DNA of 64,000 bases. Source: Eukaryota sp. TZLM1-RC (lineage: Eukaryota > Protista > Metamonada: BaSk clade). The notes under the pieces are model-generated. The model searched no databases, had not been told where the DNA came from, and worked only from the letters and a program-made list of their open reading frames with translations. The stretch's first letter is position 1; the number at the start of each line of letters is the position of its first letter. A program made the position numbers and the translations under genes. This document shows, one piece after another, positions 11,351 to 23,215 of the stretch. Where the stretch lies: the NCBI GenBank assembly GCA_040285825.1, contig JAUPSS010000004.1, positions 3,997,784-4,061,783 of the forward strand, written 5' to 3'.

Positions 11351-12643
11351 ATGGACTTCGCAGAATTAAAGGCAGCCAATCTTAAGGATATTACCACTTC
11401 ACTGTATAAAAGATGTTTCACAGAAGGCTATGGTCTTATTATTGGTCATTCATCGGAACATACCTACCAATTTACATGTGAAGAGGGTGGTAGTCCGAGA
11501 TGTAAAAATAAAGGCGGCAAAACTAGGAAAACGGGTTGTTAGTTCGAGTGACCTAGACTGAATCTGGATACCAGAATGTCAGTCAAAACACTTCCCACAA
11601 TCATCTACCCTATAGTAGTTTGTCCGCCAGCAGGAGTTTTCGGTAATACTACAAAGATCTATATAATTGTATGGTTGGACCTTAAAATGTGTTGACAATG
11701 AACGAAAATCATTTGAGACAAAGAAATGCTCCTCTGTACATAAAACCATCAGAATAAGGAGAGCTGATGTATTGAGCACACCATTGAAACGTGTAAAAAC
11801 ACTTTTCAATGAGAATCAGCTGACTCGATACAAATAAGCCAGGGAATGGATTCGATACTATATTGTTTAGATTTATTAGAATTAAATCACAAACACTTGA
11901 ACCCTTGAATTACTGGTTGATTTGTTGTTGTTACTTGTAGTATTTACACTAATTATTATGAACCACGCAAATTAAAAACAGTATTGTTGGACCTTATTAC
12001 AAGCAAACTGTGAACCACGTGCTGTACTTGATAGACTTATAGCCTTAGACCCCAAATATCGCCTTAGAACTATTGATATCATTGAAACATGAAAGCTATT
12101 CTAATCACTACACTATACTATGAAGGCGATGGCTGACCACGTCAATGGTGAGTCTTCGGTTTTGGTCAAAATGCTGGTCCATCTCGAGAACATAAGAAGC
12201 TTAAGTAACTGTTGGTTTTCCAATAAGTCATTGGCCAACATTGAATTCCAATTTTTACTAATTTTTGCTAATGATGAACTTTTTTTATAAGACGAACCAG
12301 TATACTTTGCCCTTATCAATTGTAATGGTTTTCTCATTTTTTATGATCTTTAATTTTCTTTGCGTTCATTTTTTTGCTTCAAGAACCAAATAGGGACTAG
12401 GTTTGGGCATTAACTACATTGAAAAATTACTTCCTGCTCTTTTTGACACAAAAACCATTTCAACAAATTGGTAGGCCAAAATTGGTTTCTGCAATTGAAA
12501 CAGTGAAACCCCGACTCTGCATTTGGAATATTAACACAAATGTGGAGACAGAATTGAGAAGATATATACATCATAATAACTCTCTGGAAAGAAGGCACGT
12601 TTGCTCTGCCAAGCAGTGTGTCATGCTGAAGAAGAGTCCGTGA
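11351..12643 (+). pseudogene. degenerate Mutator-like (MULE) transposase
   Basis: FAR1/WRKY-like 'YQFTCEEGGSPR...TRKTGC', MULE core 'YKTNQYTLPLINCNG' (near 12285) and 'LVSAIETV.PRLCIWNINTNV'. Confidence 0.65.
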
Positions 12644-12756
12644 TGTTGGTCAAAATCTATAGTGTATAGTTTTCTATAATTGCGCTTTTGCTTTAAGGCC
12701 GAAGGAAATTTATTTACCTTTGTAATAAATCTTTTTACTTTTTTTTAAAACTGGAA

Positions 12757-14370
12757 TATTTATTGAGATAAAAAACCCACCTAGAATTCAATATCCTCCA
12801 AACAAGCGTCACTATTACTGAAACTACTCACAGCATTACGTTCATATTCTACAGCAATAGCTAACAGTGCTTTTGAAATCATTGTTGGAATAGACTTGAA
12901 AATGCAAAAAACAATTCTATTTATCCAGAAAGTGGAATTCATTGTTTTACCAGACCTATTCAGTAACACTTTTTTAAAATTTTCAAAAAAGTGCAACCCT
13001 GAAGGTCCAATATTGCCAAAAAGAGAAATTGCAAACGGCACAAACTGATATTTCACATGTTCCACTCTACCTAACTGTGCCAAAGGTTCTTCATATTTTT
13101 TTATCTTCTTTTTTTCGGCGTTAGATAACGGCGAATCAGCGGAATACACTAAACGAGCAGCAGAATTTTTGCAAACATCAACTGAGACAACATCTACAAC
13201 ATTGAGAACACTATCGATCCCTGGAGCTACTAAATCTGCCCTTCTTTTACCAAAGGAATCATCCGTTTGATCTGAAGACAGCTTACGTACTAGTGGCTCA
13301 ATAAATGCCTCTATATTGAAACTTTTGCACATGGCATATAATTGATCACGAACTGAGTCATGAACAATTGAGCGATAAGTTATGAAATACTTACAGTTTA
13401 AAATATGGGAAAGCCTAACAACACTCTTGCAGCGACAAATTAAATCATTTGGTAATGAACAAGGCCATAGAAAACATCTCATTCTCATTGCAGTGGTCTA
13501 TTGGTGATCATTAAGTAGAAGGCCATAAATGTTGGGAATTTGGGAGATTAGGCAACTTGAGCAACTGTCTTCAAGATCAATCAAAAAGTTTGCAAAAACG
13601 GGATTTTTTTCCTTAGCCAAGCTAAGACGTACAATATAATCCAAGTTTTCTAAAACTTTCAAGATTTTTTTCTGCAATTTTGCAAAAGTCAGTGGTAAGG
13701 AGAGCAAGCTTCTTGAAGGAAGTTCCACAATATCAGAGGGGAAACATTTCAAAAGGGACTTTAATTTTTAACGTAAGAAGATTGTTGAGAAAAAGAACAA
13801 GATCATCAGCAATTTCAGGACAGTCCAACAGCTGATTTGATCATGTCAAAATTCAACAAAGATGGCCCAGGAGCTTTTCCAGTAGGCATTTGCTGAATCA
13901 GTTTCAATACCTCTGAAGCATTGACAGGATTTTGCAGCCAATATTCTGAATCTGGTTTAGTACAATGAAAATTTTCTTCCGGATGAAGATGATTCAATTG
14001 GAACAATGTGCTTTCATTACATTCAGCTAAATCAGAAGAGAATAGACATTGTTTTGCAGATCCAAAACGTCCTTTTAAAGCTAATTTTCTCACTAATTTT
14101 TCTTTCGAAAAAACATTTTTTTTTAAAATTTGATTTTTTCGATAAAGGTTTTTTATCTTTTTTCAGAAAAAATTTCCAAATAGGCGTAACATCCCATAAT
14201 CCTTTACGGAGATTTTCAGTAAAAGCACGAAGAACAACAGCAAAAGGTATCGAAGCCAACGGACTAAGCTGAGCAGGAACACGAATGGGACAACGTAGCT
14301 GATCAGCAGCAACACAAGAATCACAAAAAGTAAAGGTCGACCAGAATCATTGACAGCAACAAGCTTCAAT
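12757..14370 (-). mobile_element. CRE-like RLE retrotransposon, family A, with RT core deleted
   Basis: N-terminal part 'LHPEE...GKAPGPS' (13815-14093) joins near 13750 directly to the C-terminal CCHC and RLE ORFs (13498-13752, 12781-13488); AATAAA after the stop. Confidence 0.85.
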
Positions 14371-14959
14371 CTATTTTACTATTTTACTATTTTTCAATCT
14401 TTTTACACCTAAAGTATGTGTCTTCTAACCCACAAAGATCATCACAAAGGAATTTTTTTTCTAGAAGAGGCGAGCTGATGTTTTACCTTGTACACCTTGG
14501 AAACGTGCAAAAATCTTTCAAATGTCAAAACTCAATCTTCTTTAATAGTTTTGGATTTTGATATTGAAATTGTGTTGTTGGGTGCAAAGCTCACTGATAA
14601 GGATGAAATAGTTGTCACTTCTGCAAGAGAAGGTTAATATCTTACTGAAAATCTACAACGAAAACAAATTTCAAATAAAAATAAATTGTTTTTCATATTT
14701 TTCACCAGAACAGATTGAATCAAATCCTTGTTTTGGCTAATCTTGTGGAAAGATCAACAGAACGAAATGACCATTATTGTAACGTTGATGATGAGGATAT
14801 CATTTTATACCATCATTTCTATGAAAATGAATTACTAAATTCATTGAAAAAATTACTAAAAATTTACAATTCTCTCATTATATCTTTTGTCAGTGTTCGG
14901 CCGTGCGTGAGATTTTGAAGTGCAACCCAGCAAACCAATAACCATATATATATATACAT

Positions 14960-15729
14960 ATATATAACCATATATTGGTTATTTCCAGAAATATTCCACT
15001 TATTGTACCTCTTATACTTCTTTTGTTTACTCATCTTTTGAGCTGTAAGCATTTTATTACATTTAGAAGTAAAGTACATAATAATGTCAAAAAACCAACT
15101 TTATGTAATGTGCAAATCTTGTCGAATAGATTCCTTTTTAGAACTTTTGCTTTCAAGATTAATTCTTGATGACCCCAATATTGATAGTACCGCTACTATA
15201 AAGCTTTTATGTGTCTGACAAGAGGTGATCTGGTTGTTCCCGGCTTAAATGGTAGTTTTACTATTTTAGACGCCATGTCCATCGACCCTTGTTGTTCCTG
15301 TAACGAACATCTCACTAACTCGGATGTAAATAATCCTCTTCTTGCAGGCGAAAAATATAAAATTGCTAAATATGCGAAACCCATTTCCTCGGTTAATGAA
15401 AATTCTCATGCCCAATACAAGTTATGCCCCTTTGTTTTTTCTCTGCTTCGATCTTTAAGTAGGGCTGCTATGGCTTTCCTTGAGGATTTTGTGGTAGTTG
15501 TAAAGAAACGAACTGGAAAAATTTTCAATCGTGTTTACCGGCAAAACAGGACTGTAATTTCTATTATTAAGGGAATGTTCACTTTTTTCTTTTGGGAAAT
15601 TTTTTGAATCTTTAATAATTAACTGTTTCGATGTGGGGGAAGCAGGTTTTGTGGATGTGTAGCTTTAGTTGTGTATTTGATGATTTTACTTCGTTATTCA
15701 ATAAATAAATACTCTTGGCTAAAAAAAAG
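14960..15729 (+). mobile_element. CRE-like RLE retrotransposon, family B, 3' fragment
   Basis: 'LLFTHLLSCKHFITFRSKVHNNV', 'TRGDLVVPGLNG...KIAKY...CPFVFS'; closely matches 47568-48938; ends AATAAA then an A run. Confidence 0.85.
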
Positions 15730-15827
15730 ATATCAAAGAGAAAATCTTTCACTTTACAAAAACTCAGTCCATCTACATCGTTGTAAAAAGGACACTTATT
15801 TCATTGTTATAGACATCATCTGTAAGA
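15730..15827 (+). repeat. orphan Fanzor right end (motif 1) ending at ATG 15828
   Basis: About 89% identical to the reverse complement of 9391-9489; no Fanzor ORF attached. Confidence 0.8.
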
Positions 15828-16388
15828 ATGAATCTGTCAGTGCCACCATGTATAGCAGCTGGTAGTGACCTTTTACTACAATTCACACATGCTAAACCTT
15901 GTACATCACTTTTCGATGATGTTCATGTTAAAACAGTATTACTGTCTCAGGTCATTGATCTAGAACTCAAAGTACACAAAATGCATACCATAATACACAC
16001 TCTCAACTTACAAGAACATGACCTTTCTTTGTTCCACACCGATTCTGGAGCTCAACAACTAATTGACCACCTAGAGTCTCTTTTCGATGATCTTGCATCA
16101 TTCATAAAACTCAAACCGTCCATTACAATGTGGTTGCAAAAGTCATTGGAAGATGGTGTTATAAACCTTCCAAAAGCTGTCAGATTTCAAATGAGAGAGC
16201 TTTTATTTTTCTCGTCTGAAATGGTCGAGAATGCTCCTGAATTAAAGAACTTTTTGACACTGAACAATTATTTCAGTAAACTATCCTCTTTCAGAACAAA
16301 TGCAAAGTCCCTTCTTTCTAGAATATTATTGATTCTCTCAACAATGGAACATTTATGTGACTTATTGAATCAATATTGCGCTGTTTAA
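15828..16388 (+). CDS. HAUS2/augmin subunit 2-like coiled-coil protein
   Basis: 'SQVIDLELKVHKM...LNLQEHDLSLFH...HLESLFDDL..FIKLKPSI..WLQKSL...INL' follows the HAUS2 residue pattern as I recall it. Confidence 0.5.
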   Translation: MNLSVPPCIAAGSDLLLQFTHAKPCTSLFDDVHVKTVLLSQVIDLELKVHKMHTIIHTLNLQEHDLSLFHTDSGAQQLIDHLESLFDDLASFIKLKPSITMWLQKSLEDGVINLPKAVRFQMRELLFFSSEMVENAPELKNFLTLNNYFSKLSSFRTNAKSLLSRILLILSTMEHLCDLLNQYCAV

Positions 16389-16413
16389 AATGAATGTATT
16401 AATAGTTAATTCT

Positions 16414-17751
16414 TTATTCGCCAGATCTTCTCTTTATTCCTGCAGATGTCTTCAATGTTGGTGGCACTGGTAAATCACCTTCTTCCAAATGGTCAGGTTC
16501 CAACTGAGTTTGGTCCTTTGAGGGTGCTGGAGTGGTGCCAAAGTCGAACCTAAACACTAAATCTGCAGAGGAATCAATTGAATATTCAGATCCAAGATCA
16601 ATAGCTTTGGTGTTTTTGTCAATGTTTGAACCTATAGATTTTGTGAATGAAATCAACTCTCTCAAAGAAACCGCATTCTCAGCGGCTTTGAGAATCCTCT
16701 CCACCGATCTTACATCATTTGGATTTTCTCTATCACGTCTAACTCTTTGAAGTTTCCAGCCACCCTGGTACCATTGGCCTCCCTCAAAGGAAGTGGGACT
16801 ACTCGACCGAGGAGGGGGTATATAAGTGCGGAAGGAGGGATCATAGAGACATTCAACTACATAGCTTGTGGCTTGGGCATCTGCATCTAGAGCTTGATGT
16901 TGGTTCTCAGGTAGTGTGATCCAAGAATAGAAGACCAGCATGAGTCTGTCCATCGCAAATAGTTGATACATTGACACAAGACCTCTTTGCTCTTTTTGTA
17001 ATTTAAAGTCAACAGTGTTCAAATTTGGTGGCTTCCATTTAAGAATTTTCTGAAAGGTTCCAGGGATGTAAGGGTCGCGTATTGGGGTGTAGATTAACCC
17101 GTCATTGCCGTGCAAAAGCTCTGGAACAACATTACAAAGAACATGCTCGGTGTATTTTGTTTTAAACATTGTTTTTGTGAAGATTTCAAATGGTTCATTT
17201 GAAAAATCATGACCTTTTTTACCATGTTCTCTACGAAGGCCTTCCAGTGAAGATGCAGCACTGAGTCTTTCAAGAAGGTTCTTCTTGACCATTGACTTAC
17301 CATGGAAAAAAATACAATCAAATATTAGATAACGGAGAATAAATCCTTTACTTGGATCTTCCTTATCCTTTCTATCTTTCAACAGTTCCCCATCTAGGAG
17401 GGTATGTGACAAAGGAGGAGATTCTGGTTTTGGAGAAGAAGGAAAATAAAGATTAAGTTTGTTAAAGTTGAAGTTTCTGTCAATGAGATATTGTTCAGGT
17501 CCCATTATGAGCAGTAAGTATCGTATACCATCAGACTTCTCTGCTACAAGGAAATCCTGAGATGAAAGTAGTGATAAATCGGCTTTAGACATTGAAACAG
17601 GTTGACATCCAGGAAAAGAGTCCCTGTTCCATCCACACATTTCACAACAGAGTTTTCTGAGAGATGTAAGCTTTTGACTGTCTTGTAGAGGTGTTCCAGG
17701 TACGTCAATTTCTAAATCCTCTGAGACGTTAAGTATTTGGTCAATATGCAT
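16414..17751 (-). CDS. mRNA capping guanylyltransferase (stand-alone, Ceg1-type)
   Basis: 'FPGCQPVS', motif I 'EKSDGIRY', 'TLLDGEL', 'DGLIYTP', 'LKWKP..LNTVDF', 'R.DRENPN'; first ATG at 17751; no triphosphatase domain. Confidence 0.9.
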   Translation of the reverse strand: MHIDQILNVSEDLEIDVPGTPLQDSQKLTSLRKLCCEMCGWNRDSFPGCQPVSMSKADLSLLSSQDFLVAEKSDGIRYLLLIMGPEQYLIDRNFNFNKLNLYFPSSPKPESPPLSHTLLDGELLKDRKDKEDPSKGFILRYLIFDCIFFHGKSMVKKNLLERLSAASSLEGLRREHGKKGHDFSNEPFEIFTKTMFKTKYTEHVLCNVVPELLHGNDGLIYTPIRDPYIPGTFQKILKWKPPNLNTVDFKLQKEQRGLVSMYQLFAMDRLMLVFYSWITLPENQHQALDADAQATSYVVECLYDPSFRTYIPPPRSSSPTSFEGGQWYQGGWKLQRVRRDRENPNDVRSVERILKAAENAVSLRELISFTKSIGSNIDKNTKAIDLGSEYSIDSSADLVFRFDFGTTPAPSKDQTQLEPDHLEEGDLPVPPTLKTSAGIKRRSGE

Positions 17752-17789
17752 ATGCAAAGAACACGTAACTTCGAGGTTTTGAAAATAGA

Positions 17790-18540
17790 TTCAAAAATCT
17801 GTTTGATAAGTTGAACTTAATTTCCGAAAACATTGACCAAATGATGAAATTGGATGTACAGAAACATATCAAATTTACCATTATAAGACTTTGTTTTAAT
17901 TCCAACTTTAATCATACATTTGGATCTACAAATCTTTTTATCACTAGGCCTTTGGCCCAAAAGTTCAATGAAAAATTTTATCACAACAACTAGGATGTAA
18001 AATGTCCCAAATTCCTGATCATGCTTATCTTAGTCCACATTATGGCGGTTTAGGTTGGACAAAGGCCTCAATTCTTACTTCGTGTGCTTTTATCGGTGGA
18101 TGCAGAAATGCAATATTTGAGTTTTCTGAAAGATTTGCAGATTGGGAAGATTTATTAATGACAACACAAAGTTCCACTGTTTTTGCATTAAATGATGAAA
18201 TTTCAAAAATTGATGGAGAAAAATGGAGTAGATTCTTTCTCCAATCATTCATTGACACTATTCCCCAAAAGAATTATGTAAAATTTAAATACACTCTTCG
18301 AACATTACAGAAACGACTGACTAGCATGTATGAAAATGATCTTTACAAAAAAAATGCAGCTGGGCTGTTTTGAATCAAGATCTTCACTCATTGTTGATGG
18401 AAAAAGGTTTTTGTGAAAATAAAGTCATCAAATTCTTCACTGTTTGTGACCATTGTGCCACGAAGATTTGGACTGTGTGCTAATAATGAAGCGTTTGTAA
18501 CAAAAATGAGATTATATTTGAAATCATTATTCAGGTGAGT
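17790..18540 (+). mobile_element. degenerate CRE-like RLE retrotransposon fragment (divergent family)
   Basis: 'QKHIKFTIIRLCFNSNFNH', 'AYLSPHYGGLGWTKASILTSCAFIGG' are homologous to the post-RT region of families A and B. Confidence 0.7.
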
Positions 18541-18858
18541 TCATCAACAATTTTTTAAGAATCATTTAGACAAAATCATGCTTCTAATCCAATATTATGA
18601 AGGACAACTAAAGAATTTCAGTTATAAAGGACACCAATAGCTTCAGAGATTTGAATTCAGTCATTGTAAACAAATTGTTTTGTCCAAAGTGGTAAAGTCT
18701 CAATATTTATTGATCAGCAAAGACAGAGAATTAGCTCACTTTCAATGGGTATTGTTATACGTGTGCAGATCTTAAGTCTTAAGAGAACAACAGATCAACA
18801 ACCGTCAACAGTTCACTGAGACCATAGCAAAACGACAATAATTAAGTTTTGAACAAAC

Positions 18859-18929
18859 AAATTTTCTCAATTTCAAAACTCAATCCCTCTTCATCTCCTA
18901 TTTCGTTCTTATAGACATTATCAGTAAGA
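18859..18929 (+). repeat. orphan Fanzor right end (motif 1, internally deleted) ending at ATG 18930
   Basis: Last 31 nt are 27/31 identical to the 31 nt before ATG 15828; AAAACTCAATCCCTCT also matches. Confidence 0.7.
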
Positions 18930-19677
18930 ATGGCCTCACAGTTGCATTCTGACCAGCGAAAGGCTCTTAATGCCGTGAAAGCTGTGTTTTCCCAAAAGTA
19001 CAGTGACGAACACTACATTTCTCACTTAAAACATTGGCAGTGGAATCCTCAACAGGTCATTGATGATCTTTTTGCACGTTTGTTCTCTGAGTCTTCTCAT
19101 TTCAGAAGAGGAAAGTTCTATAGAATTTAAGTCACGCAAGACCAAGCCACGTAAAACCAATCACCGTCAACATAGAAGAAACAATGGTGGTAAACGCGAA
19201 CAACAGCATGAAGCTCCTCCCAGTGAACCTCAAGTGCAAGAACCAGTACCTCAAAAAACTTCCGAGCCTCCTTCACCAAGCACAGAGAATGAAAAGTGGA
19301 AACAGAAGCCCAAACAGAAAAGACGTTTTATAAAGCGTTCTGACACCTCCTCACCACGTCCAGATGACATCAAGGGTGACGAAAAACCCGAAGACAATGC
19401 TGTTGAACAAGGTTCTGATGTTGCCGTCAAAGCAACTTCTGAGGAACCTTGTTTGCTTTCAGTTGACTGGTCGCTATTGCCTACAAAATGGACTGCTTTT
19501 CCCACCAACGAAGCAGTATTTCCTTCAGCATCATTGGATGGTGTTGTTCCTTCCTTTGGTACCAGTCATTTACCATTTGAATTGCCAACAGAATTAATTC
19601 ATTTTGGGTCGTTTTCAGGCCCACGTGACTATACTTTGGGAGGTAAAGTGGCAAAGTTTGCGTTTTTCAGAGTATAA
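18930..19677 (+). CDS. UBAP2/Lingerer-like protein (N-terminal UBA-like domain, disordered middle, FG motifs); 28-nt intron at 19078-19105; 3' end uncertain
   Basis: Splicing GTTTGT...TTTCAG joins ORF 18930 to ORF 19060 in frame (FAQEESSIEF); 'LKHWQWNPQQVIDDL', 'FGT', 'FGSF'. Possible second 28-nt intron at 19643-19670. Confidence 0.55.
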
Positions 19678-20094
19678 CTCGGTATACTATACTGTAATTT
19701 GTATTATTTGGCGTTTTTCATTTTGACAGATGCTCCTTTGGTCATTTTGCTTTGAAATATAAAGAATTTTATGCCTTTTTATGTTCCTTATATATTATAC
19801 AAGAATTATTATATAAACCTCTACTTTGTGAGATAAATGATTTCTAATGGAAGGATCTCCAACACTGGATTCAGTATTCATGTTACTGTCAATGAAAAGA
19901 GAACTGGCAAACAAATTTAGACGAAAGTAAAATCCTTGTGTAGTTTTACTGTATAGTATCTTTCGATTGTGGAACGATATCTGTGTTGCAAAAGCACTAT
20001 AAATATATAAAACAATAATGAATTATCGTTTGGACTTGGGCTCAACATTTACATTTTCATCTTTACGTTCTGTCTTAACCAGAGCTCCCTTCCC

Positions 20095-20544
20095 ATGATC
20101 AACCACATTAAGTCTTCTTCTCTTCCATTACAAATATGTCTGTATTTCAATAAGTGGCTCTTAGTCACTAGCCTTGTTTCTCTTTTGTTACTATTCTTTA
20201 CATCATCTGTTTCTCAGCTACAAGTCCACTATGTGATACTTAGACTGGTTTTTGTTCTGTTAGATACTGGACGCTTACTTCTTGGTTACCATGGTAACCT
20301 GAAGGAGCGGCTGTTTACACTTTCCTCTTTTGCGGTTGCGTGTGTTTTTCCTCAAATATTAATTATGTCCTTTTTAACCTTTTTTTGGTACTCTTCAATG
20401 CCTTTATTTGAAACTGTGGTGTTGTTCCTTCATTTTTCTTCATGTGTTATAGGTTTAATTCTTGTTTTAACTCAAATTTCTTCTTTTTATCAACACCCCA
20501 GCAGGCGTTATAAGTCAGTAAATCTAGTGTTTAAAAGTGACTAA
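20095..20544 (+). CDS. TMEM17/TMEM216-family ciliary transition-zone membrane protein
   Basis: 'SSSLPLQICLYFN', 'RLLLGYHGNLKER', four hydrophobic segments. Confidence 0.8.
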   Translation: MINHIKSSSLPLQICLYFNKWLLVTSLVSLLLLFFTSSVSQLQVHYVILRLVFVLLDTGRLLLGYHGNLKERLFTLSSFAVACVFPQILIMSFLTFFWYSSMPLFETVVLFLHFSSCVIGLILVLTQISSFYQHPSRRYKSVNLVFKSD

Positions 20545-20644
20545 TTTTATTTGAAATCTATCTGATTAATTTTAATTCAATTTAATTAAATAATGTACAA
20601 TAAATTATTTAACATTTCAAATATATTAATTAATCCAAAATAGA

Positions 20645-21017
20645 TTAATATGTGTACAATGCATACACCGATACTCCACAAAAAATAGAATCCTGAGATT
20701 AAAGAAAGAAGGAAACAAACAGTGCAAAGGCTATAGTTGGCAATTCTGTCCGAGTCTTCATCCCACACAAATTGAACACCATGGAACAATCCCTGAGCTT
20801 TATTCTCGGCAATTGTAACTTGAACCACATACTTATATCTATCCAGTTCAAAGCCTTTCACATCATCTCGAATAGAATCAGCTAGATCTCGGGTCCAGAG
20901 AGGAGTGTCGTCGACAGAGTAATGCTTTGAATCAAAGAATTGAGATACTTTATTCCTGAGAAGAGATTCAACTTCAGAAACCGGGAACTTTTTGATGGGA
21001 GTGGTTAGATAAGACAT
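20645..21017 (-). CDS. Tctex1-family dynein light chain; 28-nt intron at 20693-20720
   Basis: 'DRYKYVVQVTIAE.KAQG...WDEDSD'; splicing restores the canonical C-terminus DSIFCGVSVYALYTY*. Confidence 0.9.
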
Positions 21018-21540
21018 GTGGTAAAGAGAACTGCGTAAAGTAGCTTGTGTGATTGCTGGTTTAAGGAAGATGCTGAATGGCTCTCCAACTATATTTTCTC
21101 AATTCCTTATTTATTTCAATTGCTTTAAGCGACAATGTTTAAATAAACAATTGATTTGTATTGTTTTTTCTGAGAGAGTTTATCAAAGCAGCACAAGGTT
21201 AAACTATCTCACACAATGTTCAAATAAACTTCACCTCCAATGCAAGTACCTTTAGTCAGGATCGAAAATGGCTACTGGTATTGGGTCAGCCACTGTTTGC
21301 ATTTTAGTTTTTTAATATTGTTTTGGCACCCATCAGTTGTGAAAAATTTCATGTTAAATGCTGTGTTTTTGGTTTGGTAGAGGGAAATTGGGTGATGTTA
21401 ACCAGTAACAGAATTCATGTTTCAAAGGCTGATCAAGGCCTGTAATTACCATGGGAAATTGCAATATGCAGATACTGATGCCTTTCATCACGACTCATTC
21501 TGTCTCATTTTTTCATTAATGTTTTGCAATTGCAAACACA

Positions 21541-23215
21541 TTGAGACATGCCAGCTTATTTCTGTTGAAAAACTTTTTCAACCATTGTTACACAATAACA
21601 ATTCTCACTATTGTAACCAACATATCAACATCTACACCCCTAAAACCGGTAAGTAAGTCTCAGAATTGTAATTTTATCAATAAAAAAGGGTTTTCTCCTA
21701 ACCTTGCTTGTCGGGCTCGTCAATTGGCGTCTAACGTGAAGACAAGTTTACCTAAAATTTGTCAATCCTGGACAAAAAACTTTATTCGTGTTCAATGTAG
21801 AGCCCTAGATAAAACAAATGTCTTTGCAAATAATATTCTTTCACTTTTGCCAGATGAACCATTAGCCCAACCCGAGGAAGTAGCTGTTGATTCTGTTCTT
21901 GAATACTACATCAATTTCCATTTGAATAATTCAAGAGAAAGATTCTTTTTATTAAATGCATATAAGTTTATCTTGAATCTCCTGGAAAGATTTCCTGCCA
22001 CTGCTTCCCTACTGTCCTCTCATGATAAAATCACCTTTTCATCAAAGGAAATTGGTGAGCTTTTTCTCTTCAATCTTAAAATTTCACAATACTTACTCAC
22101 TTTCTTTTCTCACATGCATTGCTGGAAGAAATTTAGAATAATACCTTTAGCTTCTCATAAAGGTTCTAAATTTCATGAGGTACCTTCTCAAATTTTCCAT
22201 TCTTCGAAAAAATTTCCACTTATTGAAGGATCATTTTCCAAAACAAAATTCATCAAAAATACATGTCTGAAACGAACATTCAAACATTGCCCTTACCAAA
22301 AATTTAATATCAACAGAAAAAAATTGAAAAATAGATTTAAAATAATTTTATTGAAAACTAATGGAAATGAACTGCTTTTGACCTTTGAAGGTAAAAATAA
22401 TGACTTAGAAAACACAGATGAGCTGGATGAACCACCGAAAAAGAAAAGAAGACAAAAAAAATGAAATGAAAAGTGACCCTAATGCCAACAAAACCAGAGA
22501 AACACAATTGACGGGCACTAAATAAATGTCCCGTCAAAGACGTAGACATCCACTCGAAACAAATCCTGATAGGCCCCTTATTGGTGTTGATCTGGGACAA
22601 TCTAGATTATGCGGTTACTTCTTAAATGATAATCAATGTGGAGTTATTCCTTGTCCAACTGGCAGAAGATACATGACAAAACCTTCACCCAGTAAACACT
22701 CTCCCAACCAATATTCCGTTCAAAATTTCAACCAATATTTGAACCATTGGAATTTGGTTAGGAGGAAAGTGTATTTGGAAAGTAATCGCCAGAAATGGAA
22801 AACAATTAAATTTGATAACCGAAGACCAAAAGAGAGACGGTTCAGAGAGACTCTCAACAAATTTCAAAGGCTGGCTGGACATCCTGAAAAACTCTATCAT
22901 GCTGTGGGTTCTGCTAATTTCCCTTCTCATTGCCGAAAAGTCAATCGATATGAATCAGCAAGAGCTTTCAGAAAATGGTTGTGTTATCAAAAGGACGTGA
23001 AGCACTTGTCAACCAGTGAATTTAATACAAGCAAACTGTCAAGTTGTTGCGCGGCCGAGAATATTCAAGCAGGATCATGGCAGATGCGTATTTGTACTGA
23101 GTGTCAAATAGTATATGACAGAGATATTTCTGCTGCAAAAAACATTCAAATTAAGAAGAAAGCGGAATTGTGGCCGGAAAGATACAATTGCACAGATGCT
23201 CTGTTGAGGAGATGA
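21541..23215 (+). pseudogene. Fanzor, family B copy 1 (frameshifted near 22460-22525)
   Basis: 'IGVDLG' (RuvC-I), 'SEFNTSKLSSCC' (RuvC-II E plus Zn), 'CTECQIVYDRDISAAKNI' (RuvC-III); catalytic D/E/D all present. Confidence 0.85.

Noticed and set aside
11351-12643. MULE transposase as the mobiliser of the adjacent XRN1 Fanzor
   Set aside because: Adjacent and divergent, but I found no shared TIR/TSD enclosing both, and the other Fanzors lack it; unproven.
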